DNA of 64,000 nucleotides from an uncultured Verrucomicrobiae bacterium (GTDB taxonomy: Bacteria > Chlamydiota > Chlamydiia > Chlamydiales > Rhabdochlamydiaceae). Under the pieces are notes generated by a model. The model worked only from the letters and a program-made list of their open reading frames with translations, was not told where the DNA came from and did not search any database. Position numbers and translations under genes: made by a program. Within the stretch, counting starts at the first letter, position 1; each line of letters starts with the position of its first letter. Location of the stretch: assembly GCA_963806855.1 (NCBI GenBank), contig CAWDYW010000001.1, positions 992,001 to 1,056,000 on the forward strand, read 5' to 3'. Shown in pieces: positions 18,290 through 27,390 of the stretch.

Positions 18290-19031
18290 AAATAAAACTG
18301 TCCTGATCACTGGCGGAACAGCCGGTATTGGAAAACAGATTGCCCTCACCTTTGCAGAGCAGGGGGCGAGTGTCGCAATTTTTGGGACCAATCCCGAGCG
18401 TGCCCAGAGTGTTCTCAATGAACTCAACGCAAAAAAAGTTTACGAAGAGCAGCGCTTTTTAGCCGAGATCGTCAATGTCTCGAAAAAAGAGACCGTCGAA
18501 GCTGCAATCAAAGATATTCTTGATAAATGGGGCCAAATCGACGTGCTCATCAATAACGCCGGAATTACCCGTGATGGCCTACTGATGAAAATGTCTGAAG
18601 AAAACTGGGACGAAGTGATGGCCGTCAATCTCAAATCGGTCTTTAACACCTGCCAAGCACTCGTGCGGCCGATGCTGAAGGCAAAAACTGGTAAAATCAT
18701 CAATATTTCCTCTGTCGTTGGCTTGACAGGAAATGCTGGGCAAGTGAATTATGCTGCTTCAAAGTCTGGAGTCATCGGCTTTACGAAGTCACTTGCACAG
18801 GAACTTGCATCCCGTGGGATTACGGTCAATTGCATTGCCCCCGGGTTTATTGGGACTCAGATGACCGACGTCTTGACTGAAGCGCAAAAAGAGGGTATTC
18901 TTAAAAAGATTCCGATGGGAAGAATTGGGAATCCTGAAGAGATAGCCCGTGTTGCACTTTTTTTAGCAAGCGACATGTCGACTTATATGACGGGTCAAGT
19001 GCTCACAGTTGATGGCGGAATGGTAATGTAA
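18273..19031 (+). CDS. fabG: 3-oxoacyl-ACP reductase
   Basis: TGGTAGIG, NNAGITRD, YAASK. Confidence 0.95.
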   Translation: MHQLLKNKTVLITGGTAGIGKQIALTFAEQGASVAIFGTNPERAQSVLNELNAKKVYEEQRFLAEIVNVSKKETVEAAIKDILDKWGQIDVLINNAGITRDGLLMKMSEENWDEVMAVNLKSVFNTCQALVRPMLKAKTGKIINISSVVGLTGNAGQVNYAASKSGVIGFTKSLAQELASRGITVNCIAPGFIGTQMTDVLTEAQKEGILKKIPMGRIGNPEEIARVALFLASDMSTYMTGQVLTVDGGMVM

Positions 19032-19058
19032 ATTTTTAAACAAACCTAAGAGGGTATA

Positions 19059-19313
19059 ATGGATACAAAGGACAATCTAATGTCGGTTGAAAAAGAAGTA
19101 ATTGATATCGTGGTGGAGCAACTTGGAGTTGACGCAGCAGATGTGACTCCAGAGAAGTCATTCGTCGAAGATCTCAATGCTGATTCACTCGATCTTACAG
19201 AGTTAATCATGACCTTCGAAGAGCGTTTTGGCTTCGAAATCTCAGAAGAAGATGCTGAGAAGCTGAAGACGATCAACGATGTGATCGAGTACATTCAGCG
19301 CAAAAAAGGCTAG
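19059..19313 (+). CDS. acpP: Acyl carrier protein (start may be 19080)
   Basis: DLNADSLD phosphopantetheine site. Confidence 0.95.
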   Translation: MDTKDNLMSVEKEVIDIVVEQLGVDAADVTPEKSFVEDLNADSLDLTELIMTFEERFGFEISEEDAEKLKTINDVIEYIQRKKG

Positions 19314-19325
19314 TTCAACATAAAG

Positions 19326-19386
19326 ACGCAAAGGGGCGAAGCCGCAAGGAAAAAATCATTTTCTTTGTGGCTTTGCCCCTTTGCGT
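19326..19386. terminator. 28-bp hairpin (CGCAAAG REP-like) between convergent genes
   Basis: acgcaaaggggcgaagccgcaaggaaaa pairs with ttttctttgtggctttgcccctttgcgt; all three mismatches are G-U pairs in the + strand RNA. Confidence 0.75.
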
Positions 19387-19890
19387 TTATTTTTGCAGCA
19401 ATTGGTTGCAGATGTATACGGTCATAAACGTGGCGAATATGCTGGACGGATAGATCGTCCATTTTTTCTTATTCATCAAGTCATAGGCGATTACGGTCAT
19501 CCCGAGAGCGAAAAATGTCCCCAATGCATATTCAGACACATTCTCACTTACCACAGGGGAGAAATTTCTGCTTAAAAATGTTGAGAAAGTATCAGAGAGA
19601 TTGGCGGATGGTTCGGAAAGTGCTCTAGTAAGTCTCACTATATTAGCCATTCCACAGGCGTAACAACTGACTCCTGCAGCTATAAAACTAGTATAAAAAA
19701 TAGTTCCTCCGATTAATGAATTTGACTCTGAAGTCCGTTCAATGACAGGAGTGAGAGCAAGCGTTGTCGAAAAAAGAGCTACACTCGTGAGCGCCGATTG
19801 ATTGACAATGAGGTCATAACTAAAATTTTTAAATGAATCGAAGGCTGCTCTTGCAGTGAAATTTCCAGCTTGATTAATTAAGTCGTACAT
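19387..19890 (-). CDS. Hypothetical membrane protein
   Basis: AGGAG SD upstream; several hydrophobic segments; no family recognised. Confidence 0.6.
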   Translation of the reverse strand: MYDLINQAGNFTARAAFDSFKNFSYDLIVNQSALTSVALFSTTLALTPVIERTSESNSLIGGTIFYTSFIAAGVSCYACGMANIVRLTRALSEPSANLSDTFSTFLSRNFSPVVSENVSEYALGTFFALGMTVIAYDLMNKKKWTIYPSSIFATFMTVYICNQLLQK

Positions 19891-19939
19891 AAAACTCCTT
19901 TGTTCAGTGAATATTATATAAGGTTCAATTAATTAAATC

Positions 19940-20338
19940 AAAAGGATTTGACTTCGACCCATAGATTGGTCAACTGCCGGGGCACTTGCAAAGTATTTCG
20001 AGGCATAAAGCAAAAAAACGATTTGAACGATATAACGATATGAATGATAGGAATTTTTTTTCATCATTCTTATCATTGTATCGTTCACATCATTGTGCCT
20101 GGTTCTTGTGCCTTTGTCGTTTAAAAAGATTTGACTTCGACCCACAGATCGGTCAACTGCCAGGGCACTTGCAAAGTATTTCGAGGCATAAAGCAAAAAA
20201 ACGATTTGAACGATACAATGATATGAATGATAGGAATTTTTTTTCATCATTCTTATCATTGTATCGTTCAAATCATTGTGCCTGGTTCTTGTGCCTCTGT
20301 CGTTTAAAAAGACTTGACTTCGACCCACAGATCGGTCA
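19940..20338. repeat. 183-bp tandem repeat (2 units + ~33 bp) containing the potD 3' end and a 29-bp hairpin
   Basis: ttgacttcgaccc at 19948, 20131 and 20314; hairpin arms 20203-20231 / 20246-20274. Confidence 0.92.
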
Positions 20339-21377
20339 TCCGCTGGACAGGCATAATATTCTTGAAGAATTGGATCTTTTTGGGGTCTCTAGTGATATCT
20401 TGGAGCATTTTTTTTTCATAGTCCTCGAGGTCAAGGGCTTGGATTGACTCCAGAGTGGCAGGGAAAATGTAGTAGTTCTCATAGGCGATCATGAGGGCCT
20501 GTTTCGAATAGACATAGTTGAGGAATTTATAGACAAATTCCTCTTTGGTACTGGCGGCGGGGATGCAGAGGTTCTCGATCGTGATAAAAGTTCCCTCTTC
20601 TGGGACGACAAAGTTAATGGATGGGAAAAGAGGTCTGATTCTCTTGATGTAGGTGCTAGTGGAGAGGCCGACTGGACAATTGCCGGTGGCGATGAAGTAA
20701 TCGGCCCGAAAGTCGGAATAGGCCTCGACCCATTCGCGCTGGAGGAAGAGGAGATCCCGCACTTGCTGAAATTGCTCTTCGGTGAGGTCTTTTTGGGCTG
20801 TTCCAAAGAGGTATAAAGAGGCATGGGAGACCGCTTCGCCGGGATGGTTGCTCACAGCAATTTTGTAGTCAATTACGCTGGGATCGTAGATGGCACGCCA
20901 GCTTGGTCGAAAACTCCCTTTAAAAAAGCGCTCATCGACGCCAAGCCCATAGACTTCCCAACCAAAAGGAATCGAATAACGGCTCCCAGGATCAAATTCG
21001 GTATTCAGTAGAATTGGATTGAGATTCTTCCAAAAATGCAGTTTGCGGTGGTCGAGGGTTTTAAGCAACTGGTCTTGAATCATCAATTCGACATTGTATC
21101 CAGAGGGCATCACCAGATCGTACCCTTTGCCGCGGGTCGCTTTCATTTTCACCAGCAACTCTTCGTTGGAGGCATAATAGCTGAGGTTGACTTTGATGCC
21201 GGTCTCCCGTTCAAACCCTTTCAAGACGATCGGATGGAGGGTGTCGCCCCAGGTAAAGACGTTAATGCTCTTCTCTTCGTACGGGAGGATTTTCCAGCCA
21301 GGGAAATAAAGGGCGAAGGAGATCAGCAATATCCAGAAGGCGAAGATGAGGGTGCGTGTAAAGACTTTTCCCATCAT
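20304..21377 (-). CDS. potD: Spermidine/putrescine ABC transporter substrate-binding protein
   Basis: INVFTWGD, FERETGIKV, SNEELLVK, YDLVMPSGY; operon context. Confidence 0.85.
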   Translation of the reverse strand: MMGKVFTRTLIFAFWILLISFALYFPGWKILPYEEKSINVFTWGDTLHPIVLKGFERETGIKVNLSYYASNEELLVKMKATRGKGYDLVMPSGYNVELMIQDQLLKTLDHRKLHFWKNLNPILLNTEFDPGSRYSIPFGWEVYGLGVDERFFKGSFRPSWRAIYDPSVIDYKIAVSNHPGEAVSHASLYLFGTAQKDLTEEQFQQVRDLLFLQREWVEAYSDFRADYFIATGNCPVGLSTSTYIKRIRPLFPSINFVVPEEGTFITIENLCIPAASTKEEFVYKFLNYVYSKQALMIAYENYYIFPATLESIQALDLEDYEKKMLQDITRDPKKIQFFKNIMPVQRMTDLWVEVKSF

Positions 21378-22159
21378 AGGAACCGCACCTTGGTTTTAAG
21401 TGAAAAGAACATCAAAACGAGAAATGAACTCAAAACGAGGAGGATCGCCGAGAGGGCGTTGACGACAGGGGAGACGCCTGTTCTAATCATCGACAAAATG
21501 TAGAGGGAGAGGGTTTGAGCCGTGCTTCCGGCGCAGAAATAGGAGAGGACAAAATCGTCGAACGAGAGGATGAAGATGAGCAGCGCCGTGGTGATCAGGG
21601 TTGGTCTGAGCATGGGAAGGGTCACTTTAAAGAAGGTCTGCAGCGGGGTGGCTCCAAGGTCGAGCGAGGCTTCGGTTAGGGTGTAATCGAGATCGCAGAA
21701 GCGGGCATAGATGATCGGGACGGTGAAGCCGAGGCCCAGGACCGTATGGGCAAGGATTAGGGTGGTGAGGCCAAGGGGGATGTCGATTAGGATGAAGAAG
21801 GAGAGGAGGCTGACGGCAAGCACCGTTTCGGGGATGATTAGGTTGCCGTAAAACATCCCGAGCATTTTGCCAATGCGGCCCCCTTGTGCGGCGTAAAAGA
21901 CAATTCCAACTCCAGCGACGAGGCTGATCAAGGTTGAGAAGGTAGCGACAATGAGGGAGTTGCCAAAGGCCTTCCATAGATAGATCGAGCTAAAGAGTTC
22001 ATGGTACCACTTGAAGGTGAATCCGCTCCAAGGTGCAGGGAAATGCTCGGTGTTAAAAGAGAAAACCAGCAGGACAAAAATAGGGACGTACAGAAAGAGA
22101 TAGATCGCTGCGACGATCGCCAAGGTGGTCGCTCTACCCGCGGATTTGCGTCTATCCAC
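21374..22159 (-). CDS. potC: Polyamine ABC transporter permease (probable GTG start)
   Basis: LFLYVPI...FSFN, EASLDLGA EAA loop, SFDDFVLS. Confidence 0.88.
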   Translation of the reverse strand: MDRRKSAGRATTLAIVAAIYLFLYVPIFVLLVFSFNTEHFPAPWSGFTFKWYHELFSSIYLWKAFGNSLIVATFSTLISLVAGVGIVFYAAQGGRIGKMLGMFYGNLIIPETVLAVSLLSFFILIDIPLGLTTLILAHTVLGLGFTVPIIYARFCDLDYTLTEASLDLGATPLQTFFKVTLPMLRPTLITTALLIFILSFDDFVLSYFCAGSTAQTLSLYILSMIRTGVSPVVNALSAILLVLSSFLVLMFFSLKTKVRFL

Positions 22160-23030
22160 GGTACATCCTTGGTTGGAAAAGTTTATTGATAGCGAAATAG
22201 AGAACAACAGCGCTGCAAATCAGGACGAGACCGCTGAGAAGGGTAAAAGCAGCCCCTAGAGATCCAGTCCCTTCACCGAGAATGTATTGAGAGACGACCG
22301 TCCCGACGAACATTTTTTTATCGCCTCCCATCAGCTCTGGGATCACGAACTCTCCGAAGGAGGGGATAAAGACCAGGAAAAAGCCGGCCCGGATTCCTGT
22401 GCTGCTCAGTGGGAATAAAATGCGCCGGATGGTCGAGAAAAAGCTTCCCCCGAGGACATAGGAGGCTTCGATCAAGCGGTAGTTAAAACGCTCCAATGAG
22501 GTGTAGATGGGGAGAACCATAAAGGGGAGGTAGTAGTAAACCATCATGATCATGATCGCAGGGATAGAGTTGAGTAGATGGAGGGGCTCATTGATGATCC
22601 CCAATTTGAGGAGCATATTGTTGAGGAACCCGTGTCGCTCGAGAACATAAAACCAGGCGTAAACGTGAAGGAGAAAGTTAGTCCAAAAGGGGACTATAAG
22701 GAAGAACAGAAAGATATTTTTGAATCGTTTACTGATAAAAGCTAGAAAGTAGGCCAAAGGGAAGGCGATCAAGAAACAGAGAATGGCATTGGTGAGTGCC
22801 AGAGTTAAAGAGGCCAAAATGACCTTGAAATAGGTCATAGTCAGGAAGAGTTGAATATGAGAAAAGGTGAACCCTTTAAATTCGCCGAGTTCAGTGACTT
22901 CCATGAAGCTGGAGACGACAATAAAAAGGAGGGGGACGTAAAAAAAGAGGATTTGCCAAAGCAGAGCTGGAGCGCCAGCCGCGAAGGGGAGTTCGGTGCG
23001 TCGGGATTTGGAATTTAAGTTAAGCCTCAT
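22152..23030 (-). CDS. potB: Polyamine ABC transporter permease
   Basis: VPFWTNFL, YLPFMVLPIY, FIPSFGEFVIPELMGG. Confidence 0.9.
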   Translation of the reverse strand: MRLNLNSKSRRTELPFAAGAPALLWQILFFYVPLLFIVVSSFMEVTELGEFKGFTFSHIQLFLTMTYFKVILASLTLALTNAILCFLIAFPLAYFLAFISKRFKNIFLFFLIVPFWTNFLLHVYAWFYVLERHGFLNNMLLKLGIINEPLHLLNSIPAIMIMMVYYYLPFMVLPIYTSLERFNYRLIEASYVLGGSFFSTIRRILFPLSSTGIRAGFFLVFIPSFGEFVIPELMGGDKKMFVGTVVSQYILGEGTGSLGAAFTLLSGLVLICSAVVLYFAINKLFQPRMYRG

Positions 23031-24118
23031 TTCTCCAGTAGAACTGCATTTTCCTTTTGCCAGTAGAGATAAACAGAATCGTCATAGTCGATATCCTCGT
23101 GCGGGAAGTGCTCTTCGTTTTGTTCAAAGACCTGCACCTTCATCTCATTTTCGAGCATCACATTGTATTGGGTCGATCTGCCGTGGTAGACGATCGAGTG
23201 GACAATTCCTTTAATTTGATTCGAGAAGTTTTTCGCCTCTTTCTTAGAGATGAAAATTTTCTCTGGGCGGATACTCATGATTGCATCGTAACCCTCTTTC
23301 ATCCATCCTCTCATTTTCGGGGCATAAATCTTAAAATGGCCAAGATCGGGGATTTCGATCTCAGGTTCCCCATCGAGCTCGCGCAATTTCCCGTGGAAAA
23401 TATTCGTTGTTCCGACGAAGCGAGCGACAAAGGAGGTGTGGGGGAATTCGTAGATCTCTTTTGGAGTTCCTAATTGCTCGATCTCTCCATGGTGATTCAT
23501 AATCGCCATCTTATCGGCAACCGTGAGCGCCTCAAATTGGTCGTGGGTGACGTAGATGAAGGTGGTTTTGAGCTCATCTTGCCATTCGATGAGTTCGATG
23601 AGCATTTTTTCGCGCAATTTGAAATCGAGAGCAGCGAGCGGTTCGTCGAGCAGAAGCAGATCAGGCTCATTGACGATCGCCCTTGCCAGCGCCACCCGTT
23701 GCTGCTGTCCTCCAGAGAGCTGGCTCGGAAGCTTATACATATGGGATTCGATATTGAAGGCATCGAGGATCTTAAAGACCTTCTGGATGATCATCTCTTT
23801 TGGGATCTTTTTCAGTCGCAAGCTATAGGCAATATTTTCAAAGACGTTGAGATGAGGGAAGAGAGCATAGTTTTGGAAGACGATGTTAATCGGACGCTCA
23901 TTGATCGGCTTACGGGTGATGTCGTCATCTCCCAAAAAGATTTTCCCCTCATCAGCCGTCTCTAGACCGGCGATCAACCTCAGCAGAGTTGTCTTGCCGC
24001 AGCCGCTTGGTCCAAGGAGGGCAAAAAACTTGCCGCTTGGAATGACCAGATCCATTTTTGGGAGGACCAGCTGCCCCTGAATTGACTTGGATAAACCGAC
24101 GATCTTAAGATGACTCAT
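23027..24118 (-). CDS. potA: Polyamine ABC transporter ATPase
   Basis: GPSGCGKTT, FQNYALFPH, LSGGQQQR, TOBE-like tail. Confidence 0.9.
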   Translation of the reverse strand: MSHLKIVGLSKSIQGQLVLPKMDLVIPSGKFFALLGPSGCGKTTLLRLIAGLETADEGKIFLGDDDITRKPINERPINIVFQNYALFPHLNVFENIAYSLRLKKIPKEMIIQKVFKILDAFNIESHMYKLPSQLSGGQQQRVALARAIVNEPDLLLLDEPLAALDFKLREKMLIELIEWQDELKTTFIYVTHDQFEALTVADKMAIMNHHGEIEQLGTPKEIYEFPHTSFVARFVGTTNIFHGKLRELDGEPEIEIPDLGHFKIYAPKMRGWMKEGYDAIMSIRPEKIFISKKEAKNFSNQIKGIVHSIVYHGRSTQYNVMLENEMKVQVFEQNEEHFPHEDIDYDDSVYLYWQKENAVLLEK

Positions 24119-24119
24119 A

Positions 24120-24280
24120 GACCCCACGTGGCCAAAATTTTGAATTTGGACCCACGCGAAAGCTCTCGGGGTTGAAGCTGGGAAAGAGGGTCAATATTAA
24201 ATCAATATTAACCCTCTTTCGCAGCTTCAACCGCGAGGCTTTGGCGCGGTCCAAATTCAAAATTTTGGCCACGCGGGGTC
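24120..24280. repeat. ~160-bp palindromic (MITE/RPE-like) element
   Basis: Arms of about 78 bp (gaccccacgtggccaaaattttgaatttggacc... / ...ggtccaaattcaaaattttggccacgcggggtc) with few mismatches and a very short loop. Confidence 0.9.
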
Positions 24281-24291
24281 CTCGACCTCGA

Positions 24292-24321
24292 ATTATACGG
24301 TTTTTTGACATTTTCCTGGAA
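24292..24321 (-). promoter_or_regulatory. Candidate sigma66 promoter for potABCD
   Basis: Minus-strand TTCCAG-N18-TATAAT; -10 perfect, -35 weak. Confidence 0.4.
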
Positions 24322-24367
24322 CTTATACCTCATTTTTCGGTAAAACTATTACTTTTGATCGGAAGGT

Positions 24368-25327
24368 ATGAACATGCAAAAGAGAAAATTAGTCATCATC
24401 GGCTCTGGACCTGCAGGCTATACAGCTGCGATCTATGCTTCCCGGGCAAATTTAGAGCCGCTCCTCTTCGAAGGTTTTTTTGCCGGGCCAGCTGGGGGGC
24501 AACTCATGACGACGACCGAAGTAGAAAATTATCCTGGCTTTCCTGAAGGGATCGAAGGACCAGAATTTATGTCCCGTTGCCGCAAACAGGCCGAACGGTT
24601 CGGGACAGAAATCTTGACCGAAGATGTCAAAACGGTCGATCTTTCTGCCCGCCCCTTCAAAGTCATCGGGAGTAAGACCCAAGTCGAGGCCGAAGCGCTC
24701 ATCATCGCCACAGGGGCCACCGCTAAGCGGCTCGACATCGAAGGGACCCGTGAGGGAGAGTTTTGGCAAAAAGGGGTGACCGCCTGCGCCGTCTGCGATG
24801 GCGCCGCTCCGATTTTCCGCAATCAAGATCTCTTTGTGATCGGCGGAGGAGATAGCGCCTGCGAGGAGGCTATTTTCCTTACCAAGTTTGGGAAAAAAGT
24901 CTTTATCGTCCATCGACGCGACGAGCTGCGTGCCTCAAAAATCATGGCCGAGCGGGCCATCAAGCACCCCAAAATTGAAGTGCTTTGGGACAATGTCATC
25001 GTCAAAGTGGAAGGAGACAATATTGTTCGAGCTGTCACCCTCAAGCATGTCAAAACAGGAAAAGAGGAAAAACGGGTCGCGGGCGGCGTCTTCTTTGCAA
25101 TTGGCTTTAACCCCAACACCGATTTTCTGAAGGGGCAACTTGAATTAGAAGAAAATCGTTACCTCAAAGTAACCCCCGGTTCGACAACGACCAGCGTCGA
25201 AGGGGTATTTGCAGCAGGGGACGTCTGCGACCACATCTATCGACAGGCCGTTTCAGCTGCAGGAAGCGGTTGCATGGCTGCGCTCGACGCCGAGCGGTGG
25301 CTAAGTGCAAAAGGGCTCATTGATTAA
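24368..25327 (+). CDS. trxB: Thioredoxin reductase
   Basis: [26 protein letters not shown]. Confidence 0.96.
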   Translation: MNMQKRKLVIIGSGPAGYTAAIYASRANLEPLLFEGFFAGPAGGQLMTTTEVENYPGFPEGIEGPEFMSRCRKQAERFGTEILTEDVKTVDLSARPFKVIGSKTQVEAEALIIATGATAKRLDIEGTREGEFWQKGVTACAVCDGAAPIFRNQDLFVIGGGDSACEEAIFLTKFGKKVFIVHRRDELRASKIMAERAIKHPKIEVLWDNVIVKVEGDNIVRAVTLKHVKTGKEEKRVAGGVFFAIGFNPNTDFLKGQLELEENRYLKVTPGSTTTSVEGVFAAGDVCDHIYRQAVSAAGSGCMAALDAERWLSAKGLID

Positions 25328-26139
25328 TGAAGATCATTGCGCTCCTCGCACTTTCTTTGCCTCAAATTTGCTTCGCTCTGGAAGAGGCGCCGTGGTATGG
25401 CGAGGTCTTCGAATTCAACTTCCTGGCTAACTACGAATATAATTTCTTCAAAAAGGTAAGCCATGGCCATCCACAGCGCCATTCGACCTATAACACCAAC
25501 GTCTTTGGAGCTGCATTAGATCTCACCGCCCCCGATACATGGAATTGGGAAGCTGAAATCGAATTTGCCAATACGACCAATGTTTCAACAGGATATCGAA
25601 GCTTTGCCCTGCAGGTGCGCAAGCTGTGGCTCGACGATGTCGCCTGCGATCCGATCAGCTTATCGACCGGTTTTGTTTATCGCGACGCCTCAACCCATCT
25701 TCGAAAAGCGCTCAGCACCCCCTACCATGCACGGGCCAATTTTGAATTTCACACCGCCATCGGAAAAGAGTGGAGCCGCTGCTACTATTGGTTTTTTCGC
25801 ACCTATGCTGTAGCAGCAATTGGACAAGGGACAAAAGGGAGCCCATGGCTAAGAGCCGATCTCTGTCTCTGGTGGAACATCGAGGATTGTCACCAGTTCT
25901 ATCTTTATGGAAGAAGCTATTTTGGTCTGGGTAGTAGGACGGAGGTGCCTTTAGATGATTTTCACGGCTGGTCTCATATTGGACACCAAAGCATCGATCT
26001 GGGGATCAGCTATCGCCGCTTTTTTGGGATCTATGGGAATTTGCGGTTTGACTATCTGTATCGAGTGTATGCCAGGAGCTATCCCGAGCGGGTGAACTTC
26101 TTCCTCTTCACCTACGAACTGCCCTTCTCTTGTTTTTAG
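25327..26139 (+). CDS. Hypothetical exported protein, probable outer-membrane beta-barrel
   Basis: Signal peptide, aromatic-rich alternating strands, terminal Phe; coupled to trxB (TAATG). Confidence 0.65.
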   Translation: MKIIALLALSLPQICFALEEAPWYGEVFEFNFLANYEYNFFKKVSHGHPQRHSTYNTNVFGAALDLTAPDTWNWEAEIEFANTTNVSTGYRSFALQVRKLWLDDVACDPISLSTGFVYRDASTHLRKALSTPYHARANFEFHTAIGKEWSRCYYWFFRTYAVAAIGQGTKGSPWLRADLCLWWNIEDCHQFYLYGRSYFGLGSRTEVPLDDFHGWSHIGHQSIDLGISYRRFFGIYGNLRFDYLYRVYARSYPERVNFFLFTYELPFSCF

Positions 26140-26154
26140 TTAAATTGATGGCAG

Positions 26155-27147
26155 TTAAAAATACTCAATATACTGAAACGATTCTGCACTATATACTGTA
26201 AAATTATCATAGAAATGTATAAAATATTCTACACCATTGATTCGATCAATTGAAAAATAATTTGCAGTGAAAATTACAATTCCATTTTGACAAACTCTTT
26301 GTTCTGCAAATCCATCCATAATTATCTGCATATTGTCATTGTAATATCCAACATAACTAAATTCGCCGTCAAAAACATTTAATGCATGGACGGTCGTTGT
26401 GTTTAATTTTTGTGGATTGTTTTCAACTAAACTTGCTTCTGATTTTTGTGAAATTTGGTTAGTTCGAACATTTAATTCTTCCGTTCTCTTTTTAAAAGCA
26501 GAGTCTATTTGCCATTTCGTTTGGAGCACCTGCATTTGCCCTATCATCTGATTTCCACGAATCATCCCCATTAGCAAATGGCCGCCAGCTTCTAGATAAT
26601 TCCCTTTCCGATATTCAGCAGCGGAATGGGAGAGGCCGATTAAGACCTGCATTGCCAATGAAGCGATCGCTATTTCAAGCCCACCATGCAAAATGAGTGC
26701 AAGATATAGGGTGTTATTCATTAAGTTTGCAGTACTTCCTGCTGCACCTTGGAAATCACCTGCAAAAAGATTTTGTCCTATAGAGAAACTATTCAATGCA
26801 CAGTCATGCACTGTTGTTACGAGCATCCCTAATGGATGTGCTAAAATAGTTGCAGACAAAGCAAGAATTGAAAGCACAGTCTGTAGAACTGCATAAGAAC
26901 TTTCCTTCAGATCTCCATTTCCACCTAAAAGTTGCGAAAGGGACGCAAATGAACGAAGCCCGCCAAGTGTTAGGGAAAGAGGAAAACTAAATGGCTTATA
27001 TAAACTCAAGAAAGGCAAAGCTAATGTTGTAATCCGCTTGCATTGGTCGAAATAGTAGTTCCCAGATTCTTTCAGTGGAATGTCATGCTGATATTCCCTA
27101 TGAAAATACTCTGGTTCTGAAATTTTAAGATTTGCTTCAATATTCAT
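26155..27147 (-). CDS. 330-aa hypothetical; N-terminal domain paralogous to 8091..10151
   Basis: PEYFHREYQHDIP...KRITTLALPFLSLYKPF...EYRKGNYLEA...GMIR. Confidence 0.7.
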   Translation of the reverse strand: MNIEANLKISEPEYFHREYQHDIPLKESGNYYFDQCKRITTLALPFLSLYKPFSFPLSLTLGGLRSFASLSQLLGGNGDLKESSYAVLQTVLSILALSATILAHPLGMLVTTVHDCALNSFSIGQNLFAGDFQGAAGSTANLMNNTLYLALILHGGLEIAIASLAMQVLIGLSHSAAEYRKGNYLEAGGHLLMGMIRGNQMIGQMQVLQTKWQIDSAFKKRTEELNVRTNQISQKSEASLVENNPQKLNTTTVHALNVFDGEFSYVGYYNDNMQIIMDGFAEQRVCQNGIVIFTANYFSIDRINGVEYFIHFYDNFTVYSAESFQYIEYF

Positions 27148-27390
27148 ATTTTTTTCTATTTTAATTAAATTATTGCGTGGAATTATAGTAAAAACTCAGA
27201 TTATTTTCAATTGTCATAATTAATTTTGTTAAGAATTTCTTGCTTAATAAATTGGATATAAAAAGATTTACCAACACAGAGGCTGAAAAATGGCGGCCGC
27301 TGTGGTGATATTTTTTTGAATTTTCAACAACTTTATTCTTTACAAAATCTTTTTTATTATTTACTCTCTCATTTTTTAAAGAGATGACAT

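Noticed and set aside
19933..20447. ORFs 19933..20328 (-) and 19986..20447 (+) with internal peptide repeats; also considered as a CRISPR array
   Set aside because: They arise because the 183-bp unit is a multiple of three; the spacers are near-identical and no cas genes are present
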